Assembly: GCA_964057225.1 (NCBI GenBank)
Contig: OZ059895.1
Span: 17,980,001-18,044,000, forward strand
Length of the DNA stretch: 64,000 nucleotides
From: Auanema rhodensis
Lineage: Eukaryota; Animalia; Nematoda
Direction of reading: 5' to 3'
The position numbers and the translations under genes were made by a program. Position 1 is the stretch's first letter, and the number at the start of each line of letters is the position of its first letter. Of the stretch, positions 1 to 11,520 are shown in pieces. A model generated the notes under the pieces. The model searched no databases and had not been told where the DNA came from. It saw only the letters and a list, made by a program, of their open reading frames with translations.

Positions 1-775
1 AATTCCTCCGGCAGCTCCAGCGGCTCCATTGACAATTCCTCCGGCGGCTCCAGCAGCTCCGTTTACAATTCCAGAGGCGGCTCCAGCGGCTCCGTTAACG
101 ATTCCTTGGGCAGCTTGTGCTAATCCTCCGATAATAGATCCTAATCCAAGATGAGCTCCCTTGACAATTCCTCCGGCGGCTCCAGCAGCTCCGTTGACAA
201 TTCCTCCGGCGGCTCCAGCAGCTCCGTTAACCACTCCGCTAGCGGCCATGTGAGCTCCATTGACCATTCCTCCGGCTGCGGTAGCAGCTCCGTTGACCAT
301 TCCTCCGGCAGCAGTAGCAGCTCCGTTGACCATTCCTCCGGCGGCTCCAGCAGCTCCGTTAACCATTCCGCTAGCGGCCATGTGAGCTCCATTGACCATT
401 CCTCCGGCGGCTCCAGCAGCTCCATTGACCATTCCTCCGGCTGCTCCAGCGGCTCCTCCAACCATTCCGGATGCCGCCATATGAGCTCCGTTGACCATTC
501 CTCCGGCGGCTCCAGCGGCTCCTCCAACCATTCCTCCGGCGGCTCCAGCGGCTCCGTTAACCATTCCTCCAGCTGCACCTCCGCCTAACATTCCACCAAG
601 CCCGAGAAGTGAGAGGAATCGAGCTCTTTTGATGAGCTCTACTTCTTGGCGAGAGGCATATCTAGCCTGAACATAGAAAAAATATGTTATTGAGGGTTAT
701 TGATACTTATATTACCTCAGTGGCTACAACAGCCATAATAAGAGCAAGTGCCAAGAGCAGGTGGCGACGGAACAT
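1..775 (-). CDS. Gene A: secreted Gly/Ala-rich 11-mer repeat protein, 3' end outside the window
   Basis: ATG at 775; exon 1 775-716 encodes the signal peptide MFRRHLLLALALIMAVVATE; 49-nt GT-AG intron 715-667; exon 2 reads ARYASRQEVELIKRARFLSLLGLGG then GGMVNGAAGAA repeats and GLGSIIGGLAQAA, a segment shared with the array genes. Missed by the ORF track. Confidence 0.9.
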
Positions 776-822
776 TTTGGTAAGTGACCAAAGAAATAAT
801 ACTTATTTCCATTTTGGTCTCC

Positions 823-881
823 TTATATATTTTGAACGTTATCACTGATTAGTTTTAATCCTGTTTATTGTACCTATTTGC
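823..881 (-). promoter_or_regulatory. Gene A core promoter: TATA, GATA and two FoxA/PHA-4-type sites
   Basis: Minus strand TGATAA-N8-ATATATAA (844-823); TGTTTAT at 862 and TATTTGC at 875 match TRTTKRY. Confidence 0.6.
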
Positions 882-1718
882 TGATGAAATGTTTTTGCTT
901 TAGTGATACTTCCTGTGGCTCTCTTAATTGTGTTCCATAGGTTCATTCAAACTCACATTCTTTACCAACAATACAGTATGGGCTTCACATTTATTCATCG
1001 CAACGATTGTATAAATCCCAAAAATAAAACATATCTGCGACCTGAATGTACAACTTGTATAAGCTTTGTTCAAAAATCGTAATACAATTACGTGAGCTCT
1101 GCCTAAATTGGACTTCATCACATTATGTAATTCATTGAATAAATATTTCTCCAGTTAACTAATGCTTGTAAGCTTTGTACTAAGTTCAGTTGGGATTTTG
1201 GAAAAAATAGTTTTTATTGGAGTGTATTTTTTGGCGGAAACTTGAATGAGTACTTCAAAACATTAATTTATTCATCCTTAATCAATTCTAACTGATTCCG
1301 TAAACAAATTACCTTTCAAATTCTTCTCAATTACAAGTTAGCTACTTAACAATTCGTATTTCTTCCTTATCGTGTTGGGAGGTAGCGTTCTCACCTTCTA
1401 CTATGCACTGTAAGCAGAGAGACAAACTGATAACTCATAATCAGCTTAATGAATTACTGAAGTTTTTCACATATCAAATAACTCCATTGTATATGTTATA
1501 TTTATTTTTTTATGTAAATTTTCTAAACCGCTGTTCCTTTAATTTAAAATGTTGTGAATCTTATTCAATCATGAAATAATTTAATGATGAGCATGCTGTT
1601 AGAAAAATAATTTAAAAAACTTAAATAAATAAAATAAGATTTATTTTTCATGTTACATTCATATTGTAATTTATGTACAGAAAAATATTGGTATCAAAGA
1701 AAGGGGTTTGTTATTTTC

Positions 1719-4700
1719 TTAGAATCCGAGAGAAGCGGATCCTTTACCACCGGCTCCAGCCTTAACTCCAACTCCGACTCCAACTCCAACATCTGCCTTG
1801 ATTGATCCAATACCTTTAAGGACATTACCAAGTCCATTAACAACTCCAGCTGTTCCTTTAAGGGCGCCTGCAACAGCTCCTCCAACTCCAGCTCCAATGC
1901 CTCCAACAACATTGCCAGCACCGTCAACTACTCCTTTAACAGCTCCGCCAACTCCAGCACCAACACCTCCGAGAAGGCCACCAACAACGTTGATTGCTCC
2001 ATCAACTCCTGTTTTAATAGCTGCGGTTGCATCGCCGACACCGCCGATTACTCCATTTACAGCTCCTTGTCCTCCAGCATGAATGCCTCCTACAATATTA
2101 CCGGCACCATTAACTACTCCACTTCCAACGGTATGAATTCCTGCGCCGATATTTCCAGCTCCTTCAGCAATTCCTTCGATGGCACCAGAAACATCGATGT
2201 TTGCTCCTACATTAATTCCGGTTCCGACTTGAATACCTCCGGATCCGTGTCCTCCGGCATGAGCTCCTTCATGGTTATGTCCGTATCCATGACCTTCTCC
2301 GTGATTTCCTCCTTCTGTAGAGCCGTGTCCGTGGCTTCCCACACCTCCGATACCTCCAATGCCTCCGATGCCTCCGATGGCGCCGTTTCCTGCTCCGTGA
2401 ATAGCACCTCCAACACCTCCAATACCTCCGATGGCGCCGTTTCCTGCTCCATGAATGGCACCTCCAATACCTCCAATACCGCCGATGGCGGCGTTTCCAG
2501 CTCCGTGAATGGCACCTCCAATACCTCCAATACCGCCGATGGCGGCGTTTCCAGCTCCGTGAATGGCACCTCCAATACCTCCAATACCGCCGATGGCGGC
2601 GTTTCCAGCTTTGTGGATTCCACTTCCTACACCTCCAGCAATTCCTCCTCCCATGATAATTCCTCCGGTTCCATGTCCAGTATGTATGGGAGCTCCGGTG
2701 TTAATAGTTGAAGTTGAATGTCCTGCAAAATTAGTATCATATTATATAAACACTAAGATGGCGAATACGCTATTAAGTTCGGAATACTCACCTTGGATCT
2801 GTTGAGGAACATCGTTTTCAATTTCAACTCCGTCTTCGAAAACATGAGCTTGGTTATTTTCGTCATATAAGATCTCAATTTCACCAACAGGGGCGACACC
2901 TTCATCAAGTTCGCTCTCATATTCATAAGATGGAATTTCGGGTTCACCGTAGTAATCAATACCACTTCCGATATATTCAACGTGTGGTTCGTCCTCGAAA
3001 GGATATTGTCCGACTGGGGCTTCAATCATTTCATAATCACCAGCTCCAACATATTCGGTGTTAGGGCCGTACTCGTAATCAGATTGGTATCCCTCATCAA
3101 CATTTCCGACTGGGGCCATACCTTCATCAAGTCCTCCATAAAACTCCGGAATTTCAATAACTTTTTCTGGGAAATGGGTGCTGAAATCAGGTATTTGGGA
3201 CTCGTTGTCGACTACGAGAAGGCTAGGGTGTTTTTCAATGATGACTGGTTCACCAACAGTGGTGAATGAAATAATGTTACCATTTTCATCGACGTATTCG
3301 TCACCTTCAATAAGAATATGCTCATATTCGACAGGAGCATAAACTGCAGGAACTTTTCCGTGATATACGAATTTTCCTCCTCCAATACTACTGCCAATTC
3401 CACCGCCAATTGCTCCGCCTCCGACGATTCCTCCTCCAACACCTCCTTTATGGCCTGCGCCAAGTCCACCTCCAACAATTCCGCCGAGTCCACCGCCAAT
3501 TGCTCCGCCTCCGACAATTCCTCCTCCAACTCCTCCATGATGGCCTGCGCCAAGTCCACCTCCAACAATACCGCCGAGTCCACCGCCAATTGCTCCGCCT
3601 CCGACAATTCCGCCACCAACACCTCCTTTATGGCCTGCGCCAAGTCCACCTCCAACAATTCCGCCGAGTCCACCGCCAATTGCTCCGCCTCCGACAATTC
3701 CTCCTCCAACACCTCCTTTATGGCCTGCGCCAAGTCCACCTCCGACAATTCCGCCGAGTCCACCGCCAATTGCTCCGCCTCCGACAATTCCTCCTCCAAC
3801 ACCTCCTTTATGGCCTGCGCCAAGTCCACCTCCAACAATTCCGCCGAGTCCACCGCCAATTGCTCCGCCTCCGACAATTCCTCCTCCAACACCTCCTTTA
3901 TGGCCTGCACCTACTCCTCCAGCTCCGATAAGTCCTCCTCCAATAGCTCCGACGAGGCCTGCACCTGCTCCAGCAGCTCCGGCAAGTCCTGTTCCAGCAG
4001 CCCCAGCGAGGCCTGCGCCTGCTCCAGCAGCTCCGACAAGTCCTCCTCCAACAGCTCCGGCAAGGCCTGCGCCTGCTTTAGCACCTCCAGCAAGTCCTCC
4101 TCCAATAGCTCCGGCAAGGCCTGCGCCTGCTTTAACACCTCCGGCAAGTCCTCCTCCAATAGCCCCGGCAAGGCCTGCGCCTGCTCCAGCAGCTCCGGCA
4201 ATTCCTGCTCCAGCAGCTCCGGCAAGTCCTGCTCCAGCAGCCCCAGCGAGGCCTGCGCCTGCTCCAGCAGCTCCGACAAGTCCTCCTCCAACAGCTCCGG
4301 CAAGGCCTGCGCCTGCTTTAGCACCTCCGGCAAGTCCTCCTCCAATAGCTCCGGCAAGTCCTGCTCCAGCAGCCCCAGCGAGGCCTGCGCCTGCTCCAGC
4401 AGCTCCGACAAGTCCTCCTCCAACAGCTCCGGCAAGGCCTGCGCCTGCTTTAGCACCTCCGGCAAGTCCTCCTCCAATAGCTCCGACAAGGCCAGCGCCT
4501 GCTCCAGCAGCTCCGGCAAGTCCAGCTCCAGCAGCTCCGGCGAGGCCAGCGCCTGCTCCAGCAGCTCCGGCAAGTCCAGCTCCAGCAGCTCCGGCGAGGC
4601 CTGCGCCTGCTCCAGCAGCTCCGGCAAGTCCTCCACCTAATCCGGCACCTACGCCAATTCCTGCTCCAAGACCTAAGCCAAGGCCAGCGCCTGCTCCAGC

Positions 4701-4991
4701 AGCTCCGGCAAGACCTGCTCCAGCAGCTCCGGCAAGTCCTCCTCCAACACCTCCAGCGAGTCCTCCTCCACCTGCTCCGCCGAGTCCTCCGCCAACTCCT
4801 CCACCTAATCCGGCACCTACGCCAATTGCTGCTCCAAGACCTAAGCCAAGGCCAGCTCCACCGGCAGCTGCATATCTTGCCTGAATATTTATTAAGTTAT
4901 AGTAAGATCAGAATTATATTTTATAATTTACCTCAGTGGCTAGAGCAGCCATGAGAACACCGAAGGTCCAGAGTAAGTGTCGGCGGTACAT
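1719..4991 (-). CDS. Gene B: large secreted multi-block Gly-rich protein (~1050 aa)
   Basis: Exons 4991-4932 (signal peptide MYRRHLLWTFGVLMAALATE), 4880-2792 and 2722-1719; GT-AG introns of 51 and 69 nt with consistent phases. Blocks: GLAGAAGAG, 30-aa GAGHKGGVGG repeats, acidic Tyr/Glu domain, GGI and His-rich segments, Gly/Val C-terminus. Confidence 0.9.
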
Positions 4992-5038
4992 TTTGTTAAT
5001 TGCCCGCAGGAATAATGCTTATTACCATTGCTGTCCCC

Positions 5039-5096
5039 TTATATACCTCGAACCTTATCTTCACACAATTCACTGGTGTTTATGGTGTGTGTTTGC
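5039..5096 (-). promoter_or_regulatory. Gene B core promoter (identical copy for gene C at ~9178-9235)
   Basis: AGATAA-N8-GTATATAA; TGTTTAT at 5077 and TGTTTGC at 5090. Confidence 0.6.
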
Positions 5097-6100
5097 TGAC
5101 TGAATTGTTTTTGCTTTTTTCAGGCCTACCTAATTGAATCAGAAGAAGGCAAACTTAGCAAAAATTATGAAACTGTTCACTCAGTACATTTCATTTTGGT
5201 CTCCTTATATATTTTGAACGTTATCACTGATTAATTTTAATCCTGTTTATTGAACCTGTTTGCTCATGAAATGTTTTTGCTTTAGTGATACTTCCTGTGG
5301 CTCTCTTAATTGTGTTCCATAGGTTCATTCAAACTCACATTCTTTACCAACAATACAGTATGGGCTTCACATTTATTCATCGCAACGATTGTATAAATCC
5401 CAAAAATAAAACATATCTGCGACCTGAATGTACAACTTGTATAAGCTTTGTTCAAAAATCGTAATACAATTACGTGAGCTCTGCCTAAATTGGACTTCAT
5501 CACATTATGTAATTCATTGAATAAATATTTCTCCAGTTAACTAATGCTTGTAAGCTTTGTACTAAGTTCAGTTGGGATTTTGGAAAAAATAGTTTTTATT
5601 GGAGTGTATTTTTTGGCGGAAACTTGAATGAGTACTTCAAAACATTAATTTATTCATCCTTAATCAATTCTAACTGATTCCGTAAACAAATTACCTTTCA
5701 AATTCTTCTCAATTACAAGTTAGCTACTTAACAATTCGTATTTCTTCCTTATCGTGTTGGGAGGTAGCGTTCTCACCTTCTACTATGCACTGTAAGCAGA
5801 GAGACAAACTGATAACTCATAATCAGCTTAATGAATTACTGAAGTTTTTCACATATCAAATAACTCCATTGTATATGTTATATTTATTTTTTTATGTAAA
5901 TTTTCTAAACCGCTGTTCCTTTAATTTAAAATGTTGTGAATCTTATTCAATCATGAAATAATTTAATGATGAGCATGCTGTTAGAAAAATAATTTAAAAA
6001 ACTTAAATAAATAAAATAAGATTTATTTTTCATGTTACATTCATATTGTAATTTATGTACAGAAAAATATTGGTATCAAAGAAAGGGGTTTGTTATTTTC

Positions 6101-9100
6101 TTAGAATCCGAGAGAAGCGGATCCTTTACCACCGGCTCCAGCCTTAACTCCAACTCCGACTCCAACTCCAACATCTCCCTTGATTGATCCAATACCTTTA
6201 ATGACACTACCAAGTCCATTAACAACTCCAGCTGTTCCTTTAAGAGCGCCTGCGGCAGCTCCTCCAACTCCAGCTCCAATGCCTCCAACAACATTGCCAG
6301 CACCGTCAACTACTCCTTTAACAGCTCCGCCAACTCCAGCACCAACACCTCCAACAACGCCACCAACAACTTTGATTGCTCCATCAACTCCTGTTTTAAT
6401 AGCTGCGGTTGCATCGCCGACACCGCCGATTACTCCATTTACAGCTCCTTGTCCTCCAGCATGAATGCCTCCTACAATATTACCGGCACCGTTAACTACT
6501 CCACTTCCAACTGTGTGAATTCCTGCGCCAATAGTTCCAGCTCCATGGGAAATTCCTTCGATGGCACCAGAAGCATCGATGTTAGCTCCTACATTAATTC
6601 CAGTTCCGACGTGAATACCTCCGGATCCGTGTCCTCCGGCATGAGCTCCTCCATGGTTATGTCCGTATCCATGACCTTCTCCGTAATTTCCTCCTTCGAT
6701 GGACCCTTCTCCGTATCCGTGGTTTTCTCCATGATTTCCACCTTCGATTGAGCCATATCCGTGTCCATGACCTTCTCCGTGATTTCCTCCTTCGATGGAC
6801 CCTTCTCCGTATCCGTGGCCTTCTCCATGATTTCCACCTTCGATTGAGCCATATCCGTGTCCATGACCTTCTCCGTGATTTCCTCCTTCGATGGACCCTT
6901 CTCCGTATCCGTGGCCTTCTCCATGATTTCCACCTTCAATTGAGCCATGTCCGTAACCTTCTCCATGATGTCCTCCTTCTGTAGAGCCATGTTCGTGGCT
7001 TCCGATACCTCCGATACCTCCGATGCCTCCAATGCCTCCGATGCCTCCGATGCCTCCGATGCCTCCGATGCCTCCGATGCCTCCAATGCCTCCAATGCCT
7101 CCGATGCCGCCGATACCTCCGATGGCGCCGTTTCCTGCTCCATGAATGGCACTTCCAACACCTCCAATGCCGCCGATGATGCCATTTCCTGCTCCGTGAA
7201 TCGCACCTCCAATACCTCCAATACCGCCGATGGCGGCGTTTCCAGCTCCGTGAATGGCACCTCCAATACCTCCAATACCGCCGATGACGGCGTTTCCAGC
7301 TTTGTGGATTCCACTTCCTACACCTCCAGCAATTCCTCCTCCCATGATAATTCCTCCGGTTCCATGTCCAGTATGTATGGGAGCTCCGGTGTTAATAGTT
7401 GAAGTTGAATGTCCTGCAAAATTAGTATCATATTATATAAACACTAAGATGGCGAATACGCTATTAAGTTCGGAATACTCACCTTGGATCTGTTGAGGAA
7501 CATCGTTTTCAATTTCAACTCCGTCTTCGAAAACATGAGCTTGGTTATTTTCGTCATATAAGATCTCAATTTCACCAACAGGGGCGACACCTTCATCAAG
7601 TTCGCTCTCATATTCATAAGATGGAATTTCGGGTTCGCCGTAGTAATCAATACCACTTCCGATATATTCAACGTGTGGTTCGTCCTCGAAAGGATATTGT
7701 CCGACTGGGGCTTCAATCATTTCATAATCACCAGCTCCAACATATTCGGTGTTAGGGCCGTACTCGTAATCAGATTGGTATCCCTCATCAACATTTCCGA
7801 CTGGGGCCATACCTTCATCAAGTCCTCCATAACCAGTTTGGTATCCCTCATCAACATTTCCGACTGGGGCCATACCTTCATCAAGTCCTCCATAAAACTC
7901 CGGAATTTCAATAACTTTTTCTGGGAAATGGGTGCTGAAATCAGGTATTTGGAACTCGTTGTCGACTACGAGAAGGCTAGGGTGTTTTTCAATGATGACT
8001 GGTTCACCAACAGTGGTGAATGAAATAATGTTACCATTTTCATCGACGTATTCGTCACCTTCAATAAGAATATGCTCATATTCGACAGGAGCATAAACTG
8101 CAGGAACTTTTCCGTGATATACGAATTTTCCTCCTCCAATACTACTGCCAATTCCACCGCCAATTGCTCCGCCTCCGACGATTCCTCCTCCAACACCTCC
8201 TTTATGGCCTGCGCCAAGTCCACCTCCAACAATTCCGCCGAGTCCACCGCCAATTGCTCCGCCTCCCACAATTCCTCCTCCAACTCCTCCATGATGGCCT
8301 GCGCCAAGTCCACCTCCAACAATACCGCCGAGTCCACCGCCAATTGCTCCGCCTCCGACAATTCCTCCTCCAACACCTCCATGATGGCCTGCGCCAACTC
8401 CTCCAATAGATCCGTGATGGCCTGCACCTACTCCAGCAGCTCCGGCAAGTCCACCTCCAATAGCTCCGACGAGGCCAGCGCCTGCCCCAGCAGCTCCGGC
8501 AAGTCCAGCTCCAGCAGCTCCGGCGAGGCCAGCGCCTGCTCCAGCAGCTCCGGCAAGTCCAGCTCCAGCAGCTCCGGCAAGTCCAGCTCCAGCAGCTCCG
8601 GCGAGGCCTGCGCCTGCTCCAGCAGCTCCGGCAAGTCCTCCTCCAATAGCTCCAACGAGGCCAGCGCCTGCTCCAGCAGCTCCGGCAAGTCCTGCTCCAG
8701 CAGCTCCGGCAAGTCCTGCTCCAGCAGCTCCAGCGAGTCCTGCGCCTGCTCCAGCAGCTCCAAGAAGTCCTCCTCCAACAGCTCCTGCGAGGCCTGCGCC
8801 AGCTCCAGCAGCTCCGGCAAGTCCTCCTCCAACAGCTCCTGCGAGGCCTGCGCCAGCTCCAGCAGCTCCGGCAAGTCCTCCTCCAACACCTCCAGCGAGT
8901 CCTCCTCCAACTGCTCCGCCGAGTCCTCCGCCAACTCCTCCACCTAATCCGGCACCTACGCCAACTGCTGCTCCACCACCTAAGCCAAGGCCAGCTCCAC
9001 CGGCAGCTGCATATCTTGCCTGAATATTTATTAAGTTATAGTAAGATCAGAATTATATTTTATAATTTACCTCAGTGGCTAGAGCAGCCATGAGAACACC

Positions 9101-9130
9101 GAAGGTCCAGAGTAAGTGTCGGCGGTACAT
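6101..9130 (-). CDS. Gene C: paralog of gene B (~969 aa)
   Basis: Exons 9130-9071, 9019-7483 and 7413-6101; same signal peptide and introns as B; different repeat-block copy numbers. Confidence 0.9.
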
Positions 9131-9854
9131 TTTGTTAATTGCCCGCAGGAATAATGCTTATTACCATTGCTGTCCCCTTATATACCTCGAACCTTATCTT
9201 CACACAATTCACTGGTGTTTATGGTGTGTGTTTGCTGACTGAATTGTTTTTGCTTTTTTCAGGCCTACCTAATTGAATCAGAAGAAGGCAAACTTTTATG
9301 CTCATAAATTCTACTGATTCTATTTCTTTCGGTAAGCAAATAAGCTTTTATCAGTGTTGAATGCTGAAAACACTTGCAATATTGCTAAGAAGTTTTTTGT
9401 CCTTATCAATATCAGAAATAGTATCGGTACTGAGGTTCTTGTAAAGGAAAACATACTGAAAATGCTTGTAGCTACAAAACAGGAGAGATAACAATTTTTA
9501 ATAGCTATACGTTAAAATAAACTTATGTTTTTTGAAGAAATATCTTTAAAAACTTTGTAAAGTTAAGTTATGTATGATTGAATACGTGAATCATTCATAA
9601 TGTACTCATTATCAGTTTCAAAAAATTGTCACTTTGTCTGGATTATTAGAGGATTAGAGTGTTTCTAAGCAGACACGCAAACACAATATGAACGCATCCT
9701 GATAACGACAAGGCATTTCTTTCGGTCTTGAATTTAATTAGTAAAACTTTTCCTTTATCATTGCGGCATCGAAAACAAAAATCTTCAAATTGAATATTAT
9801 AGTATTTATTACCTCATTTAGAAAGTACAACATAAACTCATTAAAGGTTGAGTA

Positions 9855-9876
9855 TGATAAGAACAGTGGTATATAA
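9855..9876 (+). promoter_or_regulatory. Array-gene core promoter GATA-N8-TATA, repeated in all 16 units
   Basis: TGATAAgaacagtgGTATATAA, ending ~52 nt before the ATG. Confidence 0.6.
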
Positions 9877-9928
9877 TGAGTGAACAGCTTTACTCCAGTA
9901 CTCTTCTTACGGAAGACAGTAATTCAGA

Positions 9929-10966
9929 ATGCATCGTTCGATGTGGACCGTTCTTTTTGCCGTGCTTATGGCTCAGGTATACATTCAGTAACTTTAAATG
10001 AATTCTGAAATATTTTAGACTGGAGTAAGCGCTCGCTATGTCTTCAGACAGCCTGAAGCCAGATTTTTAAGCATGGTACTTCCTGGAGGTGGTGTAGTGA
10101 ACGGAGCTGCTGGAGCTGCGGGAGGATTGGTTAACGGAGCAGCTAACGCCGCCGGAGGAATCGTTCATGGAGCCCACGGTGCTGCCTCAGGAGTGGTCAA
10201 TGGAGCTGCTAATGCCGCCGGAGGAATCGTTCATGGAGCCCACGGAGCTGCCACAGGAGTGGTCAATGGAGCTGCTAATGCCGCCGGAGGAATCGTCCAT
10301 GGAGCCCACGGAGCTGCCTCTGGAATCGTCAACGGAGCCCACGGAGCTGCTTCTGGAATCGTCAACGGAGCTCACGGAGCTGCCACTGGTATAGTCAATG
10401 GAGCTAGTCATGGATTAGGATCTATTATCGGAGGATTGGCCCAAGCTGCAACTGGAATTGTTAACGGAGCCGCTGGAGCTGCAGGTGGCGTGGTCAACGG
10501 AGCTGCTCACGCCGCCGGAGGAATTGTCCATGGAGCTCACGGAGCTGCCTCTGGAATCGTCAACGGCGCCCACGGAGCTGCCACTGGAGTTGTCAACGGA
10601 GCACACGGAGCTGCTTCTGGAATCGTCAACGGAGCCCACGGAGCTGCTTCTGGAATAGTCCATGGAGCCCACGGAGCTGCTTCTGGAGTTGTCAACGGAG
10701 CCCACGGAGCTGCTACTGGAATAGTGAACGGAGTCCACGGAGCTGCCGGAGGAATGTATGGTGGACCATATGGAGGCCCTGGAGGTATGTATGGAGGATC
10801 ATACGGAGGATCATACGGAGTACCTGGAGGTATGTATGGTGGATCATACGGAGGATCTGGAGGTATGTATGGTGGATCATACGGAGGCCCTGGAGGCATG
10901 TATGGTGGATCATACGGAAGATCTGGATCATACGGATACCCAGCATCATACGGACCATACCTTTAA
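9929..10966 (+). CDS. D0: diverged first array gene, secreted Gly/Ala/His + Gly/Tyr protein (331 aa)
   Basis: Exon 1 9929-9976 (MHRSMWTVLFAVLMAQ); 42-nt intron with an in-frame stop; exon 2 10019-10966 (TGVSARYVFRQPEARFLSMVL...). Confidence 0.9.
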
Positions 10967-11409
10967 ATTAAGTAAAAAATATCTTTTTAAAAAGAATGAG
11001 CAATCTTTAACAATGATAAAATCTGCCAAAAGATGTATAACAACTAAGATTTCATTTTTGTCTCATGCTTGTACTTAGGCAATTATGTTTAAATAAACGC
11101 TCATATCCAATCATCTTATTATATCTAAAACCAAAACAATCGAAATTAGAGATTAAATTACAGTTATACATGTTAATCGGTATTACTCATGATTAGAAAC
11201 CTTAACAATAAAAAGGTTTATGAATATATATAAAGTACATATTGATATATAACGAGATTAATTTAATTACCTGTAAAACCATGAGGTATATTGCAAACGT
11301 AAATAAGAGATATCATAATTAGGAAATTTTCAAACGGTTCTAAAGAATAGAATAATAATAGTGACCTTAATAACTATAAATAAATTTTAAATCCTATTTT
11401 TGTGCCAAG

Positions 11410-11520
<111 letters not shown>

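Larger units (their letters stand above)
806..9295. repeat. Direct tandem duplication: unit 1 ~806-5156, unit 2 ~5188-9295
   Basis: Near-identical noncoding DNA: both units start ...cattttggtctccttatatat and end ...gaagaaggcaaactt; ~31-nt filler at 5157-5187. Confidence 0.95.

Noticed and set aside
924-1121. 65-aa ORF duplicated at 5306-5503
   Set aside because: AT-rich intergenic sequence, non-ATG start, no coding features; it is identical only because of the duplication.
2742-3119. Acidic ORFs ending ...VFAILVFI* (also 7433-8269) as separate membrane-anchored proteins
   Set aside because: The hydrophobic tail is read-through into a 69-nt GTGAGT...TTTTGCAG intron whose removal fuses the frame to the next Gly-rich exon. 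Intron retention cannot be excluded, but nothing here supports it.
1719-9130. Cuticle collagen, spidroin or elastin orthology
   Set aside because: No Pro-rich Gly-X-Y helix, no conserved Cys clusters or collagen N-terminal domain, and no spidroin terminal domains; the resemblance is compositional only.
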